Below, piece after piece: positions 17,963 to 25,979 of a stretch of 38,792 nucleotides of DNA (position 1 is the stretch's first letter; each line of letters starts with the position of its first letter). Under the pieces are notes generated by a model, which saw only the letters and a program-made list of their open reading frames with translations, made no database searches and was not told the DNA's origin. This DNA is from Waddliaceae bacterium (lineage in GTDB: Bacteria; Chlamydiota; Chlamydiia; Chlamydiales; GCA-2709385): assembly GCA_002709385.1 (NCBI GenBank), contig PAQS01000005.1:39425-78216 (forward strand), given 5' to 3'. A program made the translations under genes and the position numbers.

Positions 17963-19327
17963 ATGACTACGTTTACGAATAAAACAACTGTCCATTTATC
18001 TAGAGAGCGCACCTGGCAGTGGTTTCAAGAGCCGGCAGCCCTATCGCGCATGTTCCCTCCTTGGATGAAAATCACTTTAGGAAAAGAAGATGAAAAAGCC
18101 GCATTAGGTGCTACACGGCATATCACAATGCATTTCGCTTGTTTTTCCAAAAAATGGATAGCAAAAATTGTTCAATATAAAGAACCTGAACTATTTATAG
18201 ATGAGCAAGTTCAAGGGATTTTCCGATCTTGGTCTCATCAACACCTATTTCATTCACCTTCTCCTTCACAATGCGAAGTGGAAGATATCATTGAATATGA
18301 AACTCCTTGGTTTTTACCTAAAGTTCTCTTCTCAGGTTTTGTAAAGAAGGAATTAGAGAGAACTTTTTCTTATAGAAATCGTGTTTTAGAGGCTGATTTA
18401 GACGTTATCAAACGTTATGAACAAGAGTCTCCCCTTCGTGTACTCATTTCTGGTGCAAGTGGCCTTGTTGGATCAGAACTCAGCTCTTTTTTATCCGCTG
18501 CTGGTCACCAAATATTCCATTTAGTACGGCGCCAAAGTAAATCACCTCATGAGATATACTGGAACCCTGAAAAGAAAGAATTAAATCCTGAAGAAATCGA
18601 GGGATTTGATGTTCTTGTTCATCTATCTGGAGAGAACATCGCAAGTGGTCGCTGGACAGAAAGTAAAAAACGACGATTGTATGACAGCCGTATCGTAAGT
18701 ACAACAACTTTGATCAATGCTTTTGAAAAGGTTACAAAAAAGCCCAAAGTATTTCTTTGCGCTTCTGCAGTAGGATACTATGGTTCTCAAGGAGATTCGC
18801 TTTTAACGGAGAGTTCTCCAGCTGGACAGGGATTCTTAGCTGATCTTTGCCAAGACTGGGAAGCAAAAGCTGCAAAAGCTAAGGCTTTTGCTCGTGTTGT
18901 GCATATGAGGTTTGGAGTGATTTTAAGTCCTCGAGGTGGAGCACTAGCAAAAATGCTCATGCCTTTTAGCTTTGGTTTAGGTGGAATTCTTGGAAATGGC
19001 CGACAATACATGAGCTGGATTAGTATTGATGACCTTGTTTATCAAATCTACCATTGTATCTGTACAAATAGTGTAGAAGGGCCCGTCAATTTTGCTGCAA
19101 CAAAAGCCGTTAGTAATTACGACTATACGAAAACACTAGGTAAGGTACTAGGACGTCCTACTATATTTCCTGTACCTAAGCCTGTAGCAAATCTTGTGTT
19201 TGGAGAAATGGCAAAAGAAACCATGCTCAGCAGTACTCGAGTGGTACCTCAAGTACTGAATGATTCACAAGCACAGTTCTATTACCCTACACTTGAAAGT
19301 GCTTTAAAACACCTATTAGGAAGATAA
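17963..19327 (+). CDS. Fusion protein: N-terminal SRPBCC/polyketide-cyclase-like domain plus a TIGR01777/YfcH-type NAD-dependent epimerase (SDR) with a DUF1731-like C-terminus.
   Basis: Rossmann motif VLISGASGLVGSELSSFL about 160 residues into the protein; a C-terminal region typical of the YfcH family; a roughly 150-aa N-terminal extension. Confidence 0.6.
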   Translation: MTTFTNKTTVHLSRERTWQWFQEPAALSRMFPPWMKITLGKEDEKAALGATRHITMHFACFSKKWIAKIVQYKEPELFIDEQVQGIFRSWSHQHLFHSPSPSQCEVEDIIEYETPWFLPKVLFSGFVKKELERTFSYRNRVLEADLDVIKRYEQESPLRVLISGASGLVGSELSSFLSAAGHQIFHLVRRQSKSPHEIYWNPEKKELNPEEIEGFDVLVHLSGENIASGRWTESKKRRLYDSRIVSTTTLINAFEKVTKKPKVFLCASAVGYYGSQGDSLLTESSPAGQGFLADLCQDWEAKAAKAKAFARVVHMRFGVILSPRGGALAKMLMPFSFGLGGILGNGRQYMSWISIDDLVYQIYHCICTNSVEGPVNFAATKAVSNYDYTKTLGKVLGRPTIFPVPKPVANLVFGEMAKETMLSSTRVVPQVLNDSQAQFYYPTLESALKHLLGR

Positions 19328-20506
19328 CTCTGCTTCTTCTAAAGCAGCCCTTTTTACAGCATCCCCTACAAGAAAACCAACTCTTGGATTAAGGGGGTGT
19401 GGTAAAATTTTATCCACTGATAAATCTGTCGTTGCTTCAATAAGTGCGTGCACGGCAGCAAGGTACATTTTAGGAGTGATTCTTGGAGCATTTGCATCTA
19501 GTGCTCCTCGGAAAAGACCAGGAAAAGCTAACACATTATTGATTTGATTCGGGAAGTCACTACGCCCCGTTCCAATAATAGCAGCCCCCCCTGCAAGCGC
19601 TTCATCTGGCATAATTTCAGGAATAGGGTTTGCCATCGCAAAAATCAACGGGTCTTTAGCCATGGATTTTACATGCTGTGCTTGAAGTATGCCACCTTGG
19701 CTCACTCCAATAAATACATCTTTCCCTTCAAGAACTGTTGCTAAATCACCATTTTCATTATTAGGATTCGTAAAATTTAAGTAAGCTTGCTTGGAAAGAT
19801 TGAGATCTTGACGATCTTTGCTGATAGCACCTTTAGAATCACAAACAATAACTTCTTTCACAAAAGGCTCTGTGCCTTCAGAAAACCCTTTAGCCACCAG
19901 AAAACGTGCAATCGCATTTCCCGCTGCTCCAGCTCCACTAATCACAACACGAAATGTTTTGGGATCTCGTTCTAGTACTCGAGCTGAATTAAGCAGAGCA
20001 GCTAAAAGCACAATGGCTGTTCCATGTTGATCATCATGAAAAACTGGAATTCCTAAATCCTGCAGACGTTCTTCGATTTCAAAACATTTAGGAGCTGCAA
20101 TATCTTCTAGATTAATTCCACCAAAACAAGGAGCAATGCGACGAACTGTTTCAATAATTTCTTCTGTATCTTGTGTGTCTAAACAAATCGGCCAAGCATC
20201 TACAGCACCGTACTTCTTAAATAAGAGGGCCTTTCCTTCCATTACAGGTAAAGCTGCTAGAGGTCCAATATTTCCCAAACCAAGTACAGCCGAGCCATCT
20301 GTAACAACAGCAACAGTATTTGCTTTACTAGTATAAACTCTCGCTAAATCTGGGTTAGAGAAAATTTCCTTACAAGGCTGCGCAACACCAGGAGTGTAGG
20401 CTAAGGATAGATCGTCTCGTGTTTCAACCGAAACTTTTCCGCCGATTTCAATTTTTCCCTTGTTTTCTCGATGAAGCTCGAGCGAGCGCTCATAGTAGTC
20501 TGACAT
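19316..20506 (-). CDS. maeA: NAD(P)-dependent malic enzyme (short form, no phosphotransacetylase domain).
   Basis: 396 aa with N-terminal …LSLAYTPGVAQPC… and the dinucleotide-binding motif VISGAGAAGNAIARFL; an archetypal small malic enzyme. Confidence 0.85.
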   Translation of the reverse strand: MSDYYERSLELHRENKGKIEIGGKVSVETRDDLSLAYTPGVAQPCKEIFSNPDLARVYTSKANTVAVVTDGSAVLGLGNIGPLAALPVMEGKALLFKKYGAVDAWPICLDTQDTEEIIETVRRIAPCFGGINLEDIAAPKCFEIEERLQDLGIPVFHDDQHGTAIVLLAALLNSARVLERDPKTFRVVISGAGAAGNAIARFLVAKGFSEGTEPFVKEVIVCDSKGAISKDRQDLNLSKQAYLNFTNPNNENGDLATVLEGKDVFIGVSQGGILQAQHVKSMAKDPLIFAMANPIPEIMPDEALAGGAAIIGTGRSDFPNQINNVLAFPGLFRGALDANAPRITPKMYLAAVHALIEATTDLSVDKILPHPLNPRVGFLVGDAVKRAALEEAELSS

Positions 20507-20604
20507 TCCTTGTCTCCGTAAAGCAAAGGTTACGATTTTACATTAGCAAATAGTTAATTTCAATACACCTTTACTCAAGATAAAAACGAAAGCTTTAGCC
20601 TCCA

Positions 20605-20695
20605 ATGGCTGCCTAATCTCGCATAAAATTCGGCTTGCATGATTCAGATATGAAATTATGCAAGGAAGCTCATATCTAAATCATGCAAGCCGAAT
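20605..20695. repeat. Intergenic repeat, copy C (ATGGCTGCCTAATCTCGCATAAAATTCGGCTTGCAT) plus an adjacent 26-bp-stem hairpin (20628-20653 pairs with 20670-20695, one mismatch).
   Basis: Direct sequence comparison with copies A and B. The inverted duplication of ATTCGGCTTGCATGATTCAGATATGA is seen directly. Confidence 0.65.
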
Positions 20696-20705
20696 CTACT
20701 ACAAA

Positions 20706-22130
20706 TTAAGCCCAAGGAGTAGTATCAAGCTCTCCATTGACGATGTAATGTTGAGTTGTTTCTACAGATCGACGCAAATAGTCTGCACATGTTTTTTCCG
20801 ACTCTAATGCTACAGTGTATTCAATATCATTATCAAACAACGGAGCTGGGAAGCCTGCGCGCATCAAAATAGCACGAACAAGATTTCGTCCAATACGTCC
20901 ATTACCATCATCAAACATATGAATTTGCCCCGACCTCACTAAAACCCATGCAGATAGCTCAAAAGGATCTTCTTCTGAATTCAAACGTTCATGCATCTCT
21001 TGATAAAACTTTGCCGCTTCTTCAGGAACACGCGCTGCTGGTGTAGGCATCATCACGATAGGGGCAAATGCTTTCAAATATTTTTGATTTTGGATTTGCT
21101 GTTTTGTTTTTTTATCATCAGGAATATAACTCTCTTCTTTCCATTTAGACATAGAAGAACTAAATGGATTAGTAAAAAAACTTTTATCCCACTGATAAAA
21201 AGCTTGCTCTAAAGCTTTTGCTAAGTTTTTTGCATCATCTCTTCTACCCAGGCTTTCTAGATACTGGACTCCGTTTTCCAACTTTGAATCACCATCTAAA
21301 TATGACTGACAAAAGCGTCCAAAACCAGAATCAAATACTTGTACTTCCCTTGTGCGATACTTTCCAGCTCGAATTCCGTGATTTTCTTCTGGTTTAGCAA
21401 GTTTCTTATGCATTTTTAATACACATTTCTCAATATCCTCAGGCGTACCTGTTAAAACCGAAATATCCTTAGGACAAATTCCACATTCACTATCATTGAT
21501 TGCAAGTGCATTTGCTTCAAATAAAGCTGGGTGAAGTAGACCATAATTTTCACCATTGTTTAATTGAACATTCATGAATTGTCCCGAAGAAGGATTAAGT
21601 GTGCCTGAGTATGCATATGAAATATCACCATAATCCTCAATCACATCTTTAGCTCTTTGAACAATAGGATCACGTCCACCAGGATATCCAATACCTCTTG
21701 CCTTACCTGACCAAGCATCTGTAATTGTAAGAAGGCCTTGATTACTTCCAGGAACCAAAGCTGCCCCATTACGGATAATACTATTTACGTAAGTCGGACA
21801 AAAAGGCCCGTTTGGTCCGTATTGAGTATTCGTATACCTTCCCACATCAGGAGCATTACGATTTGGTACAGAAAAACGCCCAGATGTCGCAGAAATAGTC
21901 GAACAAGTAGGTACCGCTACTGATACAATAAGACCAATAGCTAATAAAGCAAGAAACTGGGTGTTAGTAAATCCACTATGAGTATTATCTTGATTGCTTT
22001 TAACACTAAATTTATTTCCTGGATTATACTCTATTTTTCTCCCATCTTTTTTACTTGAACCAGTTTTTTTACTAGTGTTTTGAACATTATAACTTTGACT
22101 ACTATACTTCCCACTTATACGTCTAGGCAT
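20706..22130 (-). CDS. Fic/Doc-family (FIDO) protein with an N-terminal low-complexity region and one TM helix; probable AMPylating effector.
   Basis: 474 aa. Canonical Fic motif HxFx(D/E)GNGRxxR present as HMFDDGNGRIGR (about 20886-20921 on the minus strand). N-terminus Ser/Gly/Asn-rich, then hydrophobic FLALLAIGLIVSVAV. Confidence 0.75.
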   Translation of the reverse strand: MPRRISGKYSSQSYNVQNTSKKTGSSKKDGRKIEYNPGNKFSVKSNQDNTHSGFTNTQFLALLAIGLIVSVAVPTCSTISATSGRFSVPNRNAPDVGRYTNTQYGPNGPFCPTYVNSIIRNGAALVPGSNQGLLTITDAWSGKARGIGYPGGRDPIVQRAKDVIEDYGDISYAYSGTLNPSSGQFMNVQLNNGENYGLLHPALFEANALAINDSECGICPKDISVLTGTPEDIEKCVLKMHKKLAKPEENHGIRAGKYRTREVQVFDSGFGRFCQSYLDGDSKLENGVQYLESLGRRDDAKNLAKALEQAFYQWDKSFFTNPFSSSMSKWKEESYIPDDKKTKQQIQNQKYLKAFAPIVMMPTPAARVPEEAAKFYQEMHERLNSEEDPFELSAWVLVRSGQIHMFDDGNGRIGRNLVRAILMRAGFPAPLFDNDIEYTVALESEKTCADYLRRSVETTQHYIVNGELDTTPWA

Positions 22131-22321
22131 ACTATTTCCTTTTTTTTAAACACCCGCAATTAAAATTTACAATTTACTTATATATTGCAATTGAATTCTT
22201 TTAACAAACTTAAGAATAACTTAAATTTATAAAGAAAAAATTAAACAAAAGCATTAACTTAATAAAGAAGGAAATAAGAAAAATTAAACATTTTTTTATT
22301 TTTCTAGTATGAGCGAAATTT

Positions 22322-22361
22322 AAAAAAAAGGGGCTACCATTCAATATTGAATGGTAGCCCC
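22322..22361 (-). terminator. Rho-independent terminator for the CCC-transporter gene.
   Basis: Perfect 15-bp stem GGGGCTACCATTCAA/TTGAATGGTAGCCCC with a 3-nt loop, followed on the minus strand by T8. Confidence 0.7.
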
Positions 22362-22376
22362 TTTCATGACAGGAAT

Positions 22377-24632
22377 CTACTCTCGATTATCGTGATATAA
22401 TGTACGATGATCTACTTGATCATAGCATGTAACCAGGCCACAAGTACCCTTCAAACCATTTGTTGCACTGATCACTTTATGCAAGTACTGCATATACTCT
22501 TCATGGTCTTCATCTTCCTGTTTAGGGACAATTCCCATAAAAGTAAGATGTGCATCTTGAGAGAAACGATTAACATATCGCCAGTACTCAGAGCTATCTT
22601 CTAGCAAATGAACCAGTACTTGGATTTGCAAACGACTTTCTTTGACAAACTCTTGCAAATACTCTCTAAGAGTTTTTTCTGCTGTAGAATCTGATACAAT
22701 CGCGTGTAGAAAGACTTTTGTATTTCTCCAAACCGTGCCACTGTAGAGTGTCGTAATAAAAGAAATCATAAGATCAAAGTTTTCTCTACAATCACCATCC
22801 CACCACAAATCAACTCTACGCCGTTTAGCTCCTCGCGCTCTCTTAAAATATTTTACTGGAGCTTGATCACTATCCTTAAAAAGGATCAGGTTTTTCTGTG
22901 TAAAATGACAAGTCTCAACCAAAGTGTTTAAGCTCTGATCTTCTTCTTCACCCAAAGGATATAAAATGGTATTTGGCTGAATAGGGCCGATACCATAAGC
23001 TTTAATCAAGCTACTATAACCTTCTGCATATGTAGGGGCTGGGTAAACTTCTGTGAGACATGAGATTTCTTCTTTTTCAAAATAAGAATTTAAAGTCATT
23101 CTCACTGTTTCTACACGTTCAGAAGTAGCCCACTCTTCCGGTAAAATAGAAGCAAAAGTAAGAATACCACTTCGACGAGTTAAACTATGTGATAGATGAG
23201 CTAACTGAGGATGCTTAGATGGCGCACCACATAAAACCAAAAGCTGAGGATGCCAATTCATTGCATGCTCTACAGGTGAAGAAAGTCTATATAGCAACCT
23301 TCTCGAAACCCAAAGCAAAAGACTTTCTCTAAGATCTTCAAAAGATGTTTCTAAGTTTCTTCTACTGACAAATAAGCAAATTAACGCAACGATTGCTATA
23401 GAAGAGAATGCCCAGCCTGGACTAATCATAAACATTACAAGAATGATCAGGCTAAAACCTAAAAACGATACAGTCCAAGGAGTTCGAATACTAGGGCGCC
23501 AACTTACACTATTCATTAGCTCTGCACAACCAGCAACAAAGTTAAGAAGACCGTAAGAAATAAGACATGTCATAGTCAAAATAGGAATAATTTGATCGAT
23601 ACTTGTCGTCGTTGTAATCACAATCGCTAATGCTGTAGTAAACATTAAAGCCCAAATCGGCTCGTCAAACTTTCCATAACTACGAGCAAAAATAGAAGGG
23701 ACTAAACCATCTTCACCCATCATCTGTAACATTCGAGGAGCGCCTAAAATACTACCTAAACAACTCGACAATGTAGCTCCCCATATTCCCACACGAACAA
23801 CAGCAGGAGAATAAGAAAAATCAACGAGAGCCAAAGGATCACTCAAAAGCTTTTCTGAAGGAATAAACGCGTAAACAAAAACTGATAGCAAAACATAAAA
23901 AAACGCCACGAAGAGAAGGGATAAAATATTTCCCCAAACTAAGGACTTAGAAGGGTCTTTCAAATTCCCAGATAAAGCCATCCCTGCTTCTATTCCTGTT
24001 AAAGCTGGAAAAAACAACGCAAATACGGCCCAAAATGGTAAAGATCCGCCTTCATAAAAGGGTTCAGCAGAAGCCCCAAACTCTACATGTTCTGGCGATC
24101 CCATAAATACAGAGCCCAAAGCAGCCAAAAGAATAAATAAAATACCCATTTGGGTTTTTAAGGCCCAAGATGCTGATATAGACGAAAGAAGTGCCAAAGT
24201 AACTAAAGTCGCTATCTCTACCCACATCACAGAAAAATGAGGAAATAACTCAACAAATGCGTAAGCAAATCCACTCGCCGTCAAAGAAATAGAAATTAAT
24301 TGAGACAAATATAGAGTAATCCCTAAAGCCCCTCCAATCTCCACCCCTAAGGAGCGACTCATAATATAGTATACCCCTCCTCTTCCCACATCCATATTCG
24401 TGGAAATCGAAGCAATAGATAAACTAGTAATTAACATAATTAAGAGGGAAAAACTGATCACGGAGACCATAGTAAGCAAGCCAGCATGAGATACAAGCAA
24501 GCCAAGCCTTAAAAAAAGAATCACTCCAAACATCATGGTAATGTTTGGAACAAGAACTCCCGATACCGTTCCAAATTTTTTCTCTTCGATGGGTACTTCT
24601 ATAGCGCTTGAGATAAAGGCCTCCTGAAACAT
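22377..24632 (-). CDS. Cation-chloride cotransporter (SLC12/CCC)-like APC-superfamily transporter with a C-terminal cytoplasmic domain.
   Basis: 751 aa. N-terminal TM1-TM3 closely match SLC12 hallmarks (…FGTVSGVLVPNITMMFGVILFLRLGLL… and …YYIMSRSLGVEIGGALGITLYL…, compared with GVILFLRL and ISRSLGPEFGGA in KCC/NKCC). About 12 TM helices, then a roughly 300-aa soluble tail. Confidence 0.75.
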   Translation of the reverse strand: MFQEAFISSAIEVPIEEKKFGTVSGVLVPNITMMFGVILFLRLGLLVSHAGLLTMVSVISFSLLIMLITSLSIASISTNMDVGRGGVYYIMSRSLGVEIGGALGITLYLSQLISISLTASGFAYAFVELFPHFSVMWVEIATLVTLALLSSISASWALKTQMGILFILLAALGSVFMGSPEHVEFGASAEPFYEGGSLPFWAVFALFFPALTGIEAGMALSGNLKDPSKSLVWGNILSLLFVAFFYVLLSVFVYAFIPSEKLLSDPLALVDFSYSPAVVRVGIWGATLSSCLGSILGAPRMLQMMGEDGLVPSIFARSYGKFDEPIWALMFTTALAIVITTTTSIDQIIPILTMTCLISYGLLNFVAGCAELMNSVSWRPSIRTPWTVSFLGFSLIILVMFMISPGWAFSSIAIVALICLFVSRRNLETSFEDLRESLLLWVSRRLLYRLSSPVEHAMNWHPQLLVLCGAPSKHPQLAHLSHSLTRRSGILTFASILPEEWATSERVETVRMTLNSYFEKEEISCLTEVYPAPTYAEGYSSLIKAYGIGPIQPNTILYPLGEEEDQSLNTLVETCHFTQKNLILFKDSDQAPVKYFKRARGAKRRRVDLWWDGDCRENFDLMISFITTLYSGTVWRNTKVFLHAIVSDSTAEKTLREYLQEFVKESRLQIQVLVHLLEDSSEYWRYVNRFSQDAHLTFMGIVPKQEDEDHEEYMQYLHKVISATNGLKGTCGLVTCYDQVDHRTLYHDNRE

Positions 24633-24698
24633 TTGTTTAATAGATGCTCAGATTGTACAAAAAAACCCTAGGATTTGCAAGCAAAGCGCTTATTTTTA

Positions 24699-24728
24699 AA
24701 GGGAAATAAACATATGTTAATTTCCCTT
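24699..24728 (-). terminator. Hairpin (AAGGGAAATAA…TTAATTTCCCTT) downstream of the 150-aa gene; possible terminator.
   Basis: 10-11-bp stem seen directly. The flanking sequence is A/T-rich but has no clean U-tract. Confidence 0.3.
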
Positions 24729-24790
24729 ATAAAAACAAATACTACCTTAATATTAGATAAGCAGATTTTGAAAAATAAAAACGAACGACT

Positions 24791-25243
24791 TTAACTATTG
24801 CTAATTATAAAAAGAAACTTGTCTTTACCTTCTATTTTGGGACGAATATCTATTTCTTCATGATCATCTAAAAAAATACCCAGTAAATTTTCAAAAGCAC
24901 AATATTTATTAATAAATTGAGGGAATTCATCTGAATCAACCCGTGTAAAGCGATCTACACATAGACTTAAGATAAGCTCTCTCTCCTGACCCAGTTTACT
25001 ATTTTCCAGTTGATTTTTTATTTCATCAGAAAAATTCCAAGACTCACAATCTATAATACCTTCTTCAGAAAGAGTTTTTAAAGGCTCCCATTCAAGGGTG
25101 ATACTTTCATCCATTATAGAAAAATACTTCTGTGCTAACTCAGCAGCCTTATCAAAATGTTTTCTTATTTCAGGAAGTATTCCATTTTCATCAAAATATT
25201 TTTCAACTTTTTCACTAACCTGACTAATATTTGTCATTTTCAT
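24791..25243 (-). CDS. Small acidic hypothetical protein (150 aa), paralog of the adjacent gene.
   Basis: Clear paralogy with the 25271-25711 protein (…LPEIRKHFDKAAELAQKYFSIMDE…LEWEPL…EEGIIDCESWNFS… versus …LPEIKEYLSKVAEVAKIYFSFMDD…LEWDLL…EEGLIDYNKWNFS…). Confidence 0.6.
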   Translation of the reverse strand: MKMTNISQVSEKVEKYFDENGILPEIRKHFDKAAELAQKYFSIMDESITLEWEPLKTLSEEGIIDCESWNFSDEIKNQLENSKLGQERELILSLCVDRFTRVDSDEFPQFINKYCAFENLLGIFLDDHEEIDIRPKIEGKDKFLFIISNS

Positions 25244-25270
25244 CTCTCTAGAATTATTTTTATTTAAAAT

Positions 25271-25711
25271 TTAACCATCATTTTCCATAATAAATATAGG
25301 ATCTTGTTCATCGTTTAATGAAACATCTATTTCAATCCCTTTGTTTTCTTGCTCAAAAATTCTAGCTAAAACCGCTGCGCCAGACATTTTATTGAGAAAT
25401 AAATCTAACTCATTAAAATCAACAGACTTATCTCCCTCTACCTTAAGAGACATTTCTATACTATGCTCTTTCCCAAAATTTGTTGTGCGTATTTTGTCTC
25501 CTAAATCTCTAGAAAAATTCCATTTGTTGTAATCAATCAACCCTTCCTCATAAAGATCTTCGAGGAGATCCCATTCAAGTTTAAGATCATCCATAAATGA
25601 AAAGTAAATTTTTGCTACTTCAGCAACCTTGCTCAAATATTCTTTTATCTCAGGCAAGTTCTTATGTTCTGCAAAATAAGCAGTTGCGTTGTCATATACT
25701 TGTTCAATCAT
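25271..25711 (-). CDS. Small acidic hypothetical protein, paralog of the 24791 gene. The ORF is open to 25789 but the likely start is ATG 25709-25711 (146 aa).
   Basis: GAGGG RBS 4-5 nt upstream of the internal ATG (MIEQVYDN…). The 26 extra N-terminal residues have no counterpart in the paralog. Confidence 0.6.
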   Translation of the reverse strand: MIEQVYDNATAYFAEHKNLPEIKEYLSKVAEVAKIYFSFMDDLKLEWDLLEDLYEEGLIDYNKWNFSRDLGDKIRTTNFGKEHSIEMSLKVEGDKSVDFNELDLFLNKMSGAAVLARIFEQENKGIEIDVSLNDEQDPIFIMENDG

Positions 25712-25979
25712 TTTTCCCTCTATATTCGTGTAAAAGTTGAAAAACGACCTTATAACCTTACAAATCCTTAATTTCCAACACAAAACCAAAGCCTCAACTT
25801 ATCTTATTTATAATCAAGAAAATTCAAAAAAAACCCTTACCACAAAACCATCTTTATACCTCAAAAGCTCAAGAACTAAACGTTTTTATAAAATAATTGT
25901 CAAAAAAAAATTAAATTTATTTACTCATTTTTAGTTATAATATTAAATATATACCACAACAGAAGAAGAGCATTTTCTT

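Noticed and set aside
18480-19011. Antisense small ORFs within the epimerase gene; ORFs 19544-20336 (+) inside the malic-enzyme gene also reviewed.
   Set aside because: Both host genes have strong family motifs, so the embedded ORFs are noise.
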